Shown here in pieces: positions 24,786 to 37,889 of a stretch of DNA of 64,000 bases. This stretch comes from Yuukianura sp. NJ FZ-2021. Its lineage: Eukaryota. The stretch covers positions 1,240,001 to 1,304,000 of the forward strand of contig CM102285.1 of assembly GCA_046563655.1 (NCBI GenBank). The letters run 5' to 3'. The notes beneath the pieces are model-generated. The model was not told where the DNA came from and ran no database searches. It was given only the letters and a program-made list of their open reading frames with translations. Made by a program: the position numbers and the translations under genes. How positions within the stretch are numbered: the stretch's first letter is position 1; each line of letters starts with the position of its first letter.

Positions 24786-25077
24786 AACGTTTGAATTTGT
24801 GTAGTTTTTATATGGAATTTTGGCTTTAAAGATTACGTTAAATGAATGTGTTTTTAACATTTTAAACTATGCAAAAATAAATTTTACGAAAAGTAATTGC
24901 GATTTTGTCTGATCCTGGAACCAAAGGTGGTGCAATTCTATTTTTGTATTGGTTCTAAATGTGGTTGAATTTTTTAAATTTTTACAATGGTGAAGCCAAG
25001 GGTTTTTGAGGGATTTTTGAAAATTTGATTTTAACATTTGGTGTTCTTTTTTTCTCCATTTTTATTTTCTCGAATAG

Positions 25078-25265
25078 CCTCGGGCTATGCATGGCTTACA
25101 TGGCATGCACCACCGCCTTTTCGTCGTGTTTCGTTTGGTCAAGTTGTTGGCAAGAATTTTAAATGTAAGATATGTGGTCATGAGCAACCGGACTGACGTA
25201 GGCGCCGAGCACATGAAGATAGACATCGAATGGCGTTGCTGAAGAAAAAATTGGTGTCTAGGTAA
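25078..25265 (+). pseudogene. Decayed cassette
   Basis: FKCKICGHEQPD* has an in-frame TGA before HEDRH; the first finger is lost. Confidence 0.6.
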
Positions 25266-25490
25266 TTTCTGTGTAGGAAATGTCCATAGTTATATTTGGT
25301 GCACGTAGAACTGATAAAAGTTCACAGACACACAAGTGTAAGCGACTCCTTCAGTTAAATTAAATTTAGCGGTAAAATATTTTGTGTTGTAGTGTACTTT
25401 GCATTTAAAAAAAAATCAAAAAAAAAAAAAATCTTATTTCGGTAACTTTTGATGTGCGCCATGCCATGGAATTTTCATTTTATTTTAAAG

Positions 25491-25714
25491 CTTCTTGTTT
25501 TGTTTGTGCAATAGACGAAGCAGGATTACGCTGTAGATGGTCAAGGCGCGGAAATTTGTATCTAACTGATTCAAGTACTCGTCGAAGTCACGATTCTGCT
25601 GAGGTTTATCCGAAGCTTAAATGTAACATTTGTGGTCGTTGGGGATTTGCTGGTCGTCAACTCAGAAGACACTATTATTATCGCCATCCTGATGAATATA
25701 GAAGGAAATATTAG
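25491..25714 (+). CDS. Alternative terminal exon, degenerate first finger plus C2H2
   Basis: CNIC..HYYYRH. Selector gccatgg at ~25463. Acceptor uncertain (25491 or 25515). Confidence 0.65.
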
Positions 25715-26012
25715 TGTTGAGGTAATCTTTGTGTAGGGAATGAGATATTTTAAAAGTTTTGTACCAAATTTGAGATTTCTGAGCTAGAACAATATTGTAC
25801 ACACTCACTTACGACTTTCTTTGTGTTTGTACTGGTTAAGTTGAATAAAAGTTTGGAAAAGATTGTTCTAAAGTTTCCCCGACAGATATTGTTTATGTTG
25901 CAACTTTTCAAGTGAGCCATGGTGTACGAAGTACAAAGTGTATCATTGGGATATTTGATTTCGAGTTTATATTGGTTTTAATTGCCGGTTTTTTTTCCTT
26001 TTTTTTTATTAG

Positions 26013-26218
26013 ACTTGTGCTGTACATTATGTGGAAAGTGTTATCCACTACGTAAGAAAGATTCGTATAACCACCATGTTCTTTACGATTGTCGAAAACT
26101 TGATCCGAGGTTCAAGTGCGACGTATGTGGTCATGTGACACGAAGAGGTTGTGCACTCAAAAAGCACTACCTAAGTCATCATCCGATAGAGTATAGAAAA
26201 AAATATTTTTATGTCTAG
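26013..26218 (+). CDS. Alternative terminal exon, YDC-type
   Basis: CTLC..HVLYDC..CDVC..HYLSHH. Selector tcaagtgagccatggtgta at ~25908. Confidence 0.85.
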
Positions 26219-27017
26219 GAAATCGTCTTTTAACTTTTGTACTTACGCCTACAGCCTAGAAGGATATTTGTATATTGCTGGCCGAACATCTTGTTGTAAT
26301 GTTGAAAAACTTGCAATAAATTTTAGACTTTTTAACAACCCGGAGAAAATTTTAACTTTTTCGTCCGGTTGAGTTTAAAGACAAATATTTCTGGTGAGGT
26401 AATCTGTTGAGGCAATTGCTGTTGAGGGAATCCTGTTGTTAAATGTTTGTCCACGTCTTGTACAAAATGGTTGTGTACTTAAACTCTGGGTTATTTTATG
26501 TGAGGCAAAAGAAATTTTTTAAACAATTCGGTTTTTTTTTCGACACTTCATAAAGAAATTTTTTTAAACTTTTTTTGTGGTACTTTTCAGTGTATTTGGG
26601 TGATTTTAAATCGGGTTTTGGAAGTTGTGACGATGGTTTCTGTTATCATGTAACGCACGAGTCAAATGCACGGTTTAGGTTAGGTTGACCGTGTGAAAAA
26701 ACAACTGTTTGAGTGCAAATTTTGTGCGTATAAGTCAACCTGTTACTTTAATCTTCAACAACATCATAAGACGCTACATGAGGGGTTTCCATTTGAGTAA
26801 AATAAGGTAGTTTTTGAAAAAATTTGGTTAGGTTTTCAAAACCTAATGTTATGGTGTTGTTTTTTTCGTTTAGAGTCTTTCTGTGTGCAATTTTTGTTGA
26901 TCTCAACAATAACATTGTTGAGGCGCCATGGCTTGTAAGCTCTGTGAAAAGCTGAAGTTTTTGGTCGAAATAAATTTGGTGTTTAATTCTTTTTTCTGTA
27001 TTTTGAAACATTTGTAG

Positions 27018-27226
27018 AGGAACTTCTAAATGGTAAATACGTCTGTAGAAGATGTGGCAAACGGTTTGCTCATCACCAAGGAGCTACGTATTTCTCACAT
27101 ACGAATTATGACTGTTCGAAAATTGAACCAAAATTTGAGTGCGAATTCTGTGGCTTCAAGACAAGACGCCAATATAATCTCAAATCACATGTCGCGAGAC
27201 TTCATGGAGGATTTCCGATTCAGTAA
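27018..27226 (+). CDS. Alternative terminal exon, YDC-type
   Basis: CRRC..HTNYDC..CEFC..HVARLH. Selector gaggcgccatggcttgtaagctc at ~26920. Confidence 0.85.
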
Positions 27227-27410
27227 CATAGGAGCAGATTTTAAATTTTTGAAGTTTTTCTACTAATTTTTGTTTGTAAAGTTCGGACCTTGTTTTGAAA
27301 AAAAATTCTCTTCTCTTAATTTTGTAAGGCGCCATGGCTAGTAAGCTCTTTCTCGTTTTAAATAACGTTTCTGGTGTAATTTTTTGTCGTTTTTTTTTAA
27401 ACGTTTGTAG

Positions 27411-27607
27411 TGAAAAATTTGTATTGCCCATACTGTCCTAGGGCGTTTCCGCGCCACCGAAGGTCAGCGTGGAGGAAACACCGAAATTTTGACTGTTTAA
27501 ATATTCCGCCAAGGTATCCATGTAAATTTTGCACCTACAAATCCAGACGTCTTTACAATCTGCAAACACATCACGCGAGACGCCATCCGGGCTTAGACTT
27601 TGAATGA
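27411..27607 (+). CDS. Alternative terminal exon, YDC-type
   Basis: CPYC..HRNFDC..CKFC..HHARRH. Selector aaggcgccatggc at ~27326. Confidence 0.85.
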
Positions 27608-27741
27608 ATTAAATTGGCGCCAACAAATTTTTAATGTTTTTTATAAGTTCCGTTGATTAAGTTATTGAGGAAGCCATGGCGTATAAATAATAAATTTTGA
27701 AAGTTTTTCGGTTTTTAAAAATTTGGAATTTTGTGTTTCAG

Positions 27742-27977
27742 TTGTCAATAAGTGTAACCTTTGTGGGAAATGTTTCTATGCATATCAGAGGTCAGCTATC
27801 AAGAGTCACAGGTTGTATGATTGTTTGAAAATGCAGCCACAATTTAAATGTCGTTATTGCAACTATAGCGCGAGACGGAAAACTGGACTTCAAAAACATC
27901 ATGTTCGACGGCATCCGACTTTCAAATTTGTTTTTGAACAACTTCAAAAACCTAAGTGTGATATCGAAGAAATTTAA
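27742..27977 (+). CDS. Alternative terminal exon, YDC-type
   Basis: CNLC..HRLYDC..CRYC..HHVRRH. Selector gccatggcgtataaa at 27673-27687. Confidence 0.85.
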
Positions 27978-28145
27978 TTTGTAACAATTTTTATGAATTC
28001 GTTCCGAATTTTGCCCTATTTCAGTATTTTTTTAAAACTTGTAAACTGCTGAAGGAAGCCGTGGTGTATAAAATTTTCATAAAAGAAAGTGAAATTTGTA
28101 GTTTCAAGTTTGGAGAACTTGGTTTTCTTTTGTTGTGTGTTTCAG

Positions 28146-28396
28146 CTTTCTTCAAATCTTGTCATCTCTGTGGCAAAGGTTTTCTGCGTCGTCAGAGTTC
28201 GACGTATTCTAATCATATGTTGTACGACTGTTTAAGTATTGCACCGCAGTATAAATGTCCATACTGTGACTTTGCTGCAAGACGTAACTGTGGACTCACG
28301 AGGCATCATGTTAGGGTACACCCTGATTTGCAGTTTGTTTACAGAAAACGTAGAAATGCTGTTCCTACTTTAGAAGATTTTCCTCCTGACTACTAA
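28146..28396 (+). CDS. Alternative terminal exon, YDC-type
   Basis: CHLC..HMLYDC..CPYC..HHVRVH. Selector gccgtggtgtataaa at ~28058. Confidence 0.85.
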
Positions 28397-28689
28397 TTTA
28401 TTTTCTTGTTTTTTCAAAATTTTGATTCCAAATTGTTCCTTTTGGTTTGGATTTTTATATGTTTTAAAATTTCTTAAGGCGCCATGGTTTGAAATTCTTA
28501 ACGTTTGAAAGTAAAGCGGTCGAACTTTTTAGAGTGGAAATTTAACCTGCGTGTAATATATTTCTTTTAAATCAATGCATACATGTGCCATGTGCCATGC
28601 CAACAAATTGGAAAAAGGGCGCCATGGTATATACTAATACTAAGGTGTTGGGAGAATCTAATGTTAATGTAAAGTGTTGGTGTTTTTAG

Positions 28690-28898
28690 CCAGTAGGGAG
28701 AGGATAAGGTGCTCGCGATGTGGAAAAGTGTATTTTCGGCATCAGAAAAGCGCCATGGCTTTGCACAATTGGTACGACTGCCCGGAATTGGCGCCAAGAT
28801 ACAAGTGTAAAATTTGTGGTACTCTGGCTAGGCGAATGGAGCGATTGAGAAAACATCATGAAAAATATCATCCAAACGTCCCATTTGAATCACGATGA
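28690..28898 (+). CDS. Alternative terminal exon, YDC-type
   Basis: CSRC..HNWYDC..CKIC..HHEKYH. Selectors cgccatggtatata at ~28620 and ttaaggcgccatggt at ~28474. Confidence 0.85.
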
Positions 28899-29031
28899 TA
28901 CTTTAAAAGTTGTCAAGTGATGATAGATTTGATAAAAATTCACGAATTTGAGAAATTTAGAAATTTTTTTCCGGTGTAGTTTTCAATAAAGTTTTCTTCT
29001 TTTTCGGGATATATGAATTTAAAACTTGAGT

Positions 29032-29070
29032 GCCATGGCATATAAATCAAAGCGGCAAAAAGAATCTCGG
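29032..29070 (+). promoter_or_regulatory. Longest selector seen (pairs with the 5' half of the docking site)
   Basis: gccatggcatataaatcaaagcggcaaaaagaatctcgg vs docking reverse complement gccatggcatataaactcaaaggcaaaagaagttcgg. Confidence 0.85.
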
Positions 29071-29148
29071 ATCTCGTTTTTGGGAAATTTTCCTCAAGTC
29101 AAAAAATTTGGTTTTGAAAACACGGGTGTGTCTTGTGCCTGTTTTTAG

Positions 29149-29360
29149 TATTCGTGTATTCATGCCCGCGTTGTGGCAAGTCATATCATCGGCGTCAAAG
29201 ACCAGCTTTTGAAAATCATGTTCGGTATGATTGTTTGAAAATTCCGCCAAAATTTCAGTGTGGTGAATGCGACTTTGTCGTCAGAAGGAATCACGCTCTC
29301 AAAGCCCATTATCTTAAGTTTCATCCAACCAAAAGTATTCCGCCTTTTGCATTCACTTGA
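29149..29360 (+). CDS. Alternative terminal exon, YDC-type
   Basis: CPRC..HVRYDC..CGEC..HYLKFH. Confidence 0.85.
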
Positions 29361-29769
29361 TTGAGTTAGCCTAATAGAGTTATCTTAACATCTAACATGG
29401 TTCAGGTTATGATTAAAGTTTAATTTTTAGCATGGTGAGCTTAATAAACGATGGCAGTTTTTAAATCGACGTGAAACCACGAAAATGGGCTTTCGGATGT
29501 TGGAATTTCCAATTCCACAACAACATCGTTTTTTTTTTCGCGCTCAGGGCGCATCTTTGCCAGCTTTTTTCTGCTAATAGACATATTGAACAATTGAACA
29601 GAGTTTTGTTAATTTTTGGGATTTTTAAAATTGTGTTTGTGTTTTTGGGAAATAAAGTTATTTGGCTGTTATAGATTTTGTTGTGAAGGGAGAAGTGGAA
29701 GCCATGGCATATGAATTTTCTGTTTAAGAAATTGTAAATTTCGTAATGTTTGTGTCCGTTTGGGTGCAG

Positions 29770-29987
29770 GAGTGCAGTGCATCTATTGTGGAAAGAAGTA
29801 TCGAGCACGGACGGCAGCGTACCGCAGTAAAGCGCTTGAGAATCATATGACCTACGACTGTAAACTCATCCCGCCAAGATTTAAATGCGGACTATGTGGA
29901 TTCGTTGCTAGGAGAACAACTAGGTTTCATTATCATTTTCAAAAGTCTCATCCGCTGATGGTAGTTTCCTACAAAAAGTTGTATTGA
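29770..29987 (+). CDS. Alternative terminal exon, YDC-type
   Basis: CIYC..HMTYDC..CGLC..HFQKSH. Selector gccatggcatat at 29701-29712. Confidence 0.85.
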
Positions 29988-30208
29988 GCTGGTCACAAAA
30001 TTTCGAAAGTTTACGGTACCGAGTACCGGTTTTCAGTTCGGTGAATTCAGATTATTAGTATGGTGCTTGTTGGATCTTTCGTTTGTAAGGTGTCATGGCA
30101 TATGTTTTCTTTGGATTGAGAAGCATGCTAAATTTTGTAGTAAGGTAAAAAAAAACGTAGAATTTTAGAGTTTTTTGAATTTGTTTTTCGGATTTTTGAA
30201 ATGTGCAG

Positions 30209-30397
30209 AAGTTGATAGGTGTGACCGTTGTGGGAAGACGTATCGCGGTAAAACGAGATCTCGCTACATGCCGTTCTACAATCACGTGAACTACGATTGT
30301 CCCATGATTCCCGCCAAGTATAAGTGTAAACTATGCCCATATTCTGTACGTACGTAGGCACTACATGCTAAAAGTACACTACACTCGATATCATTAA
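30209..30397 (+). pseudogene. YDC-type cassette frameshifted by a 4-bp duplication
   Basis: gtacgtacgtagg gives SVRT*; removing one tacg restores SVRRHYMLKVHYTRYH*. Confidence 0.7.
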
Positions 30398-30739
30398 GTA
30401 CTACGTTCACCACCTTACCGCCACTTAACATGAAGATTACCACCTAACTTGAGGATTACGTTAGATCTAACCTGTAACGATAAACGTAAACTTCAGACGC
30501 ATGTCTTGGTTTAAGTTTGTACTGAAATGGATTTTTCAACCTTGTTTTTTTTTCTGGAACATCGTAGGTTTTAAATCTAGCTCTGATTTTGAACTTTAAT
30601 ACCGTTTTCAAAATGGGTTGATGCGTATGAAACGTACTCTGCAAAATTTTAATTTTGAGATCAATGACCGCGATTACTGTTTTTCTTGAAATCTGTAAAT
30701 TCGGTTTGCTAGTGGTAGAATTTTCCTGAAATCTGAGAG

Positions 30740-30878
30740 CTACTTGCGAATTTTGTGGGAAGAAGTATTGAGGGGCGTTGCCTTTTAGGAGAGCTTTGCA
30801 ACCATGTGACATATGACTGCAAAAATATTCCGCCAAAATTTAAATGTAAACTTTGTCAGTACATGACGTTATGGTGAA
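30740..30878 (+). pseudogene. Decayed YDC-type cassette
   Basis: CEFCGKKY* ... HVTYDCKNIPPKFKCKLC, truncated; no clear selector. Confidence 0.7.
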
Positions 30879-31230
30879 TGCAGTGTACTATGTTAGCTTA
30901 TGTTAGGCGATGTTTTCGAACTGAGTATTTTGATTAATAATAATATTAATTGTAGTATATTAATTTTTGCAAATTATGTGTAATTATTTTACTCTGGAAT
31001 ACATTTCTGGTTTGTTGGAATTCTTGCTGTTCGTTTTGGTGGTACAGATTCTCAATCCGTATTTCGCACGGTTTTAATAGAATTGGGAGAGGGATTTTTG
31101 AAATTTTGGGGAATTTTGGAATTGAAATTCTGGGTTGATGCTTTTCCTGTTTTTTGAAATGCCTGTTTCATATAAATGCTTTTGGCGGGAGGTTTTTTGA
31201 TTTAAATTTTTTGTAAATTGTTTTTTCCAG

Positions 31231-31466
31231 AGAGGCTTGTCTGTAGCCTGTGTGTAATCAGTTACGACTCTTCAAGGGTGTCAGCATTCCATGGTCATGT
31301 GTACTATTACTGTCCTAAAATCGAACCTCGATTCAAATGCGAGTACTGCCCATACGTTGCTAGGAAACGCCTTGACCTAGTAGTTCATTACAAACGGAAA
31401 CACCCTGGTAGAGAGGCTGTTGTCAAAATTAGCAAAAGAAAAACTGTCACTAATTCTAATTTCTAA
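31231..31466 (+). CDS. Alternative terminal exon, CCHC+C2H2
   Basis: CSLC..HVYYYC..CEYC..HYKRKH. Confidence 0.85.
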
Positions 31467-31704
31467 AAATGAAAGGTTGGAATTTCTAAAACATTTTTGG
31501 AGAGAAAAGTGAGAGGAATAAATTTGAAAAGAATTGAAATTGAGAAGACGGGAAATTTTTCTCAAATTTAATCAAATATAATTAATTATGTCTGCTTCTT
31601 TTCTCGTTTTTTTTTTGGACTTTCTCAAGGTTTTGCCATGGTTTAGGTTAGAAATTGGCGGTAGAATTTGAATTTTTTGTTTTTGGCGCTCTTTTTCTTT
31701 GTAG

Positions 31705-31931
31705 ATGGGGTGGTAATTGCTTGTGGTAGCTGTGGAAAAGAGTTTAGAAAGAGAGTGCCACCTATGCATGCAGCCTACGACTGTCCAGGGGTTCCACCTA
31801 GGTTTGTGTGTCCAGTGCCAGACTGTCGTATGCCAGCACGTCGCAAGAAGCAACTGGAGACGCATTTTACTAAAGTCCATCCCACTCTCTGTGTCTACCG
31901 ATCATCATCTGCAACGCGCATGAGAAAATAA
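31705..31931 (+). CDS. Alternative terminal exon, YDC-type
   Basis: CGSC..HAAYDC..CPVPDC..HFTKVH. Selector ttctcaaggttttgccatggt at ~31622. Confidence 0.85.
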
Positions 31932-32495
31932 GGTCATTTAACTCTTGACATTTGAGGTCATTGGCCTCGATATGACCTTTGGTCCTGTGTTTGGTCCAAC
32001 GCTTCTCACGCCTAATGGTTAGAAACTAACGTATGGTGGATTTGCTTAACGTAATAATATGAGAGATATTCTTAAATTTTCGAGGTCAAAGGTCAGATCA
32101 CGGATTGACCTGAGATCAAATCGTGTTCGTTTGTAAAGGAAATGCGTGAAGAAAGTGGAAATTGGTTTTTTTAACTAAAGAATTTAGTGTATGAGTTTAA
32201 TGCTTTCCTGATGCATTTGTTTTTCTTGTTACATGTTTGAAATATTTTGGGTTTTAGTTTTTAGGCTTTTAAATTCATTTCTAAAATTCATATAAAGTAT
32301 AATATTTGAAGTTTCGTTTAATTATGTTTGAATTTTTTAACTTTTGGAATAAGTATAAAGTTTTAATGGAAAGTAGGGTAGTTTGTTTAATTGCGGTGAA
32401 CCTCACTGTGTGGCGTGGTTTTTTGGTTTAGTTCAATTTTACTTATGTTTTAGTTATTTTATGGTTTTATTTTGTTGCTTTCTTTTCTTTTTTAG

Positions 32496-33083
32496 GATTT
32501 GCATGCGTTTATTGCAAAAAGAAATACTCTGGGTAAAATAAATTGTGCTAAATTCAAAACAGAGGCAAAACAAAGGTTTCAAGTCAGTATTTTTTTACAT
32601 TTCAGAGTTCAATGCCCTTGTAGTACTACTAGGAAAATTTTGAATGAACTGGAAAATTTAGGGAAACTTTTGAAAAGTTTTAACTACTCGAGTTCTTGAA
32701 TATGAAACCTTTGTTTTCTTTTTTTTTCATCATTCACCTGATTTATTTTATTTTCATTTTTTTTCCTGTTTTCTCCAAAAGCAAGCCCTCACTTCTGAGG
32801 CATCTCAGGTACGCTGTGAGGGTTCACGTTTTTGTTTTTATTTGAATTTTCAAAATTCAGAATTTTTTTTAAAGTGTTTTGAATTGGTTTAAGGTTTGAG
32901 TGCAACACGATGCCGAAGTTTGCTTGTCCGCATGACCGGTGTCACTACGTTTCAAAGCGGAGCGATAATTTGAAGGTTCACATTCGTCGTGTTCATGGAG
33001 GTGTTGGGCTCGAATATGTCAGAAGTGCCAAAAGTGAAGATTTGTTTCTCAAAGTTGAGACTTTGTTGGAAGATTCGTATTGA
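32496..33083 (+). CDS. Three-exon cassette (32496-32532, 32782-32808, 32894-33083)
   Basis: Spliced product CVYCKKKYSGKPSLLRHLR-FECNTMPKFACPHDRC..HIRRVH. Selector gcggtgaacctc at ~32393. Confidence 0.7.
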
Positions 33084-33302
33084 GATGTTGAAATGGCTCG
33101 AATTTCAAATTTTGAAAAATATTCGTTGATGTGCTGAACTATTCAAGTCAAACGTATTTTCAATGTGCTGCCCTACTCAAATCAAAATATTTTCAGTGTG
33201 CTACCCTCTTAAGTCGCCATGTGCTAAAAACCAAACTGCGTTGAAGCTTAGTTATTATAATGTACTAAAATTAAATTATTTTTTTTAAATATTTTTTTGA
33301 AG

Positions 33303-33508
33303 GTGCCTTAGGTTCCGATTCCAAATTGGTGTTGGAAGTTCGAGGCGGAAGATTGTGTCACTTTAGGTGCAAAAAATGTTCAGTAATTTGTACTAGAAGG
33401 GATAATTTAAGAAGACATTTTATGCGGTTTCATCAAAGCCTCTTCAGTGCGCCAAATTTTGAAATTGATTCTTGGGCGGAGCGTGTTTTCGTAAACCCTC
33501 AGTTATAA
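33303..33508 (+). CDS. Alternative terminal exon, single C2H2
   Basis: CKKC..HFMRFH. Selector cctcttaagtcgccatg at ~33205. Confidence 0.8.
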
Positions 33509-34018
33509 TTTTAAGTGTAGTTTTAAGAAATTGTGCAAAAGTGGTTAGTTTTCTTTTGGAGCACAAAGCACTACTAAAATTGAAAACGAGAATTTCAAAA
33601 AAAACTGTATTTTCAAAAAAAAATTCATTAGAATCTTGATTCTTGTGAGAACACATAATTTGAAGGCACTTAATTTCTAAAATGTGTAAGGTTTTTTCTT
33701 TTTTCTTAAACGTGTATACAATAATTTTGATGAAATAAATTTAAACTCCTTTCAAATTTTTCGTTTTTGATTCAACTTTTACGACGTTAAAATTTTGGAT
33801 TTTGAATTTGTTTTGAATTGGATTTTTTTTCTACTTTGGATTTGATTTATAAATTTCTAACCTTGAATTCAAATTCGTTTTTGATTTTTGCATTAAGGTC
33901 AGTGACCTCCTCAATGTCGCCATTGGTGTTTCAGAGTTAATCTTAATTTTTTGAATTTTGAATCTGGCGGTTGAACTATTTATGTTTATGGTGGTTTTTG
34001 TTTTGTTTTGAAATCAAG

Positions 34019-35469
34019 TTGGATTTCGATGTCGGAATAGAAATTGTGGTCGAGTTTATTCAAATTTGGGAAGTCTCAATCGCCATCTACGGTACTTATC
34101 AAATTTTTAAAACTTTCAAACATTCCGATGTTCGTTTATTTTTTTAAACGATTTATAAGTATTTGGTGGTTGAACAAAGATCTAATTCTTTTTGAATTTT
34201 TTTTTCAAGGTACGAGTGCATTGTTTTACCAAAATTTAAATGTGTCTGTGGGCACATGGCAAAGCATAAGTGGAATATGGAAGTACACAAGAGGAAGTGC
34301 CAAGTATTTCGTAGTACTGTTTCTTCATAACATAATCATTGTGTGTGGGAGGGAAATTTAAAATTTCGAAATTTTTGAACTTCAAAATTTTGAACCGTGC
34401 GATGTGTAACGGATCACTCTTAACTGAAGTTTATTGGATTTGTCAATAGCTTTCTTTCTTCAATCTTTTTTAAACTTTAAGTATAATTGGTGGGTTTAAA
34501 TTATTGTCAATTTTTTAAAGTAATTTTTGATTGAAAAACATGCTTGTTGCTGTTGATTTGAATAGTAAATGACGTTTGGAATCTTTTCGAAAGTCGGCAT
34601 GGCTCAAAAACTCTTTTTAATGTCTAGTTTTTAAATTTGTGATTTTTGGATCATACTGTAGATTTAGACAGACGGTATCCTTGCTCTAATAAGGACTGTA
34701 AACGGGCGTATAAAACTAAAATCTCATTGGACCGCCATTTACGGTAGAGAAACAGAAACTTTTTTGTTCGTTTTTGAAATTTGTAGTACAAATTTTGTAC
34801 AAGGTTTTTGGAATTTTGTTTCAAATTTTTGTTCAAGGTACGAGTGCATTGTTGTACCGAAATTTAAATGTGTCTGCGGTCACATGTCAAAACATAAATG
34901 GAACATGGAAGTACATAAGAGGACGTGCCAAGTATTTCGTAGCACTACTTCGTCGAAGCCTAATCGTTGTGAGAGAAGGGGCAAAATTTCGAAATTTTGA
35001 AACTTCGAAATTTTGAACCTTACGCTGTTATGTTGTATAAAAACGGTTTGTTGTTGTTGGTTTGATTAAAAATCACGTTTTGAATCTTCCGGAAAGTCGT
35101 CATGGCTCAAAAACTCTATTTTTCAAAATTTGGTTAGGTTTTTTAGATTTGTGATTTTTGGATCATACTGTATACATTTAGATCGACGGTATCCTTGCCC
35201 TAATAAGGACTGCAAGCGGGCGTATAAGACAAAAGACTCATTGTATCGCCATTTACGGTAAAGAAACAGAATCTTGTTAGTTCTTAGAAGGTTTTTGAAA
35301 TTTTGACGAGGTTTTTGGAATTTTGTTTCAAATTTTTAGTAATGAGTGCAACAGAAGCCCACGATTTGGTTGTCCTTGTGGATTAAGAACAAAATACAGA
35401 TGGTATTTAACTGCTCACCAAAAGAAGTGCAAGGAGTACGAAAATTTTCTTGGCGGGAATTTTAAGTAG
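34019..35469 (+). CDS. Three split cassettes: 34019-34330, 34662-35000, 35182-35469
   Basis: Each is C-x4-C..HLR|(Y/N)EC..CxC..HxxxC with a phase-2 intron. Selectors at 33902, ~34579 and ~35081. Confidence 0.8.
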
Positions 35470-35710
35470 ACGAGAGTTTTTCGTTCTTTGAAAAGAATAT
35501 GTGAAATTTTGAAACTTTGGTTTTTTTTTCACAAACTTTGGTTGTATAGGTTACTGTACAGGATTCTCTTAAAATTGTGTTGAACCTTCTCTTGCTTGTA
35601 TGTCGCCGTAATAAAGTAGTTTTGAAAAATCACTCAAACTTTTGTAAAACCAAAAATTGATTTGCTAAAAATCTAAGGACGCTAAATTTTTGAAATTTTT
35701 GATGACGAAG

Positions 35711-37668
35711 GATGTAGAAGGAAACGGTTTCAGTGTCGTACTGTCGGATGTGGCAAAATGTATTCTAATAAGGAATCGTTAACTCGTCACATTCGGTAAG
35801 AAGCACCTTTTTACAAAAAAAAATGTTTTTCTTTTTGTATTTTGAAATTGATTTTCTGAAATGTAGATATGAATGTAACAAGGAGCCGAGGTTTTGTTGC
35901 ATTTGTGGATTCAAGTCCAAATACAAATGGAACTTGACTATGCATCTGAGACGGTGCCAACAGCAAAGAGCGAGAGGGGATCAGATTAATTAGTTCTTTG
36001 GCAACGAAGAAAATGAAATTTTGAAAAGTTGAAGGAAAGAGTTGTTTTTGAAATTGTAAATTGTGACTTGTGAAAATTTGTGAAGGATTCTGCTTAGAAG
36101 TGTGTTGAACCTTGTCTTGAGTTCGCCCAACCTAACCTTAGTAAAACACATTTCTAAAACCATATGAAAAATGTTTTAAAGCATAAACAAAATCTAAGTT
36201 TTCCAATTTTTTTTCCAAACACTAATTTTTTCATGATGAATTAGGGAAACGGTTTCAGTGTCCGACTCCTGGATGTGGAAAAATGTATATGCAGAAGAAG
36301 AATTTGTATCGTCACATTCAGTAACATACTTAAAAGCTGAAACCTTACGTTTTTTTTTCTTTTTCGAATTTCGAAATTTGTTTTTTTTATGTAGAGACGA
36401 ATGCAACAAGGAACCGCGCTTTTGTTGCATTTGTGGAGTTAAGGCCAAACATAAATGGAACTTGATTGCTCATCAGAAACGGTGCAAAAAATACGGAGGT
36501 TTTCTCTGCCAGGAGTGAAACGACACGAGATTTTCACTGTTTTTCGTTTTTTTTTAACGAAAATTATTTTGACTGAATTTTTGAAGTTTGGGAAAGTTTT
36601 GTGAGTTATGTGAATTTCAGTTTTGAAGTTTGTAGAAGATTCTGCTTAAGATTGTGTTGAACCTTCTCATGTGTGTTTGACGTCGTAATAAACCAGTTTC
36701 CTAAACCGACTAAAGTTTTTTTTATGAAGGACACATTAATTTTTGTGGATGTTTCGAAATTTTAAATTTTTCGAAATTTTTTGATGATGGTGAAGCACAT
36801 GTAGGAAAGCCGTATCGGTGTCCCACTCCTGGATGTGGAAAAACGTATGCGAGGAAGGACACGTTACATCGCCATGTTCAGTAAAATTTTAACAAAAGCA
36901 AAAGCAAATTAAGGTTATTGTTTTTTCCCTGTTTTTTTTTGAATTTGTCTTTTATGAAATGTAGACATGAATGTAACAAGAAGCCGCGCTACAAGTGCGT
37001 TTGTGGACTTAAGGCAAAGCACAAATGGAATTTGACCTCGCATCAAAAGATTTGCAGGATCTATGAAACTCATCTTGTGGCGAAGTGGAAATAGATAGAA
37101 TTGATTTGGCATCTATTAGTGTGGCGTCTATTGTTCATTTTCTAAAAGCTTTTTTGAAAATGTTTTTTTTTGGTCAAAAACGTGGTCTTGTTTTTTGATT
37201 TCTACTGGCAACTGTGTGCTAGGGAATGTTTTCGCTTTTTCCATTCCGAAAGTTTTTTGAAGTGCGTTGAACCTTTCTCTTATGTCGCCATAGAATTTTG
37301 TCTGGAATTCAAAATTTTGAAACTTGTCGAATCTCAAAATTTTGAACTAGTTTTTAAAGCTGTTTGAATTTTGGCATTGGCAGGGCGGTTTAAGTGTCCA
37401 ACTGTTGGCTGTATGAAGGCGTACAAGAGGAAGGACACGTTAGGTCGGCATTTGCGGTAACAAAAAATAGTTTTAAAAAAGTTGCTTTTTATACAATTGT
37501 TACCTTTTTTTAAATAATTTTTGAAATTGTAGATTCGAATGTAACGTAAGTCCAAAATATGGTTGCATCTGTGAGTACAAGGCAAAACATCAATGGGTGT
37601 TGAATAGTCACCAGAAGGCGTGTCAAGTATTCTTGAAATATGGCGGACAGTTGTCGAAATTGGTGTAG
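35711..37668 (+). CDS. Four split cassettes: 35711-35993, 36245-36518, 36805-37094, 37384-37668
   Basis: C(P/R)T(P/V)GC..RH..|xECN..C(I/V)C..H..C. Selectors g(t/c)gttgaacctt at ~35577, ~36102, ~36654 and ~37264. Confidence 0.8.
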
Positions 37669-37889
37669 CCGGTTTTGCTATTTTTAATTTTCTTAAGTTA
37701 CATAGGAAATTCTGATAATTTAAGCAAGATTTTAAAATGAAAGAATTTCATTTTTCTTTAAAACTCGAATTTGTTAAATTAGAAACGTGGCGAACCTTCT
37801 CTAGTTGCCGTTTCGAAAATTCATTGATTAAATGGTACTTTTTTTTAATTCTTTGAAAACTTGTTTGAATTTTGAATACTTTTGTTTAG

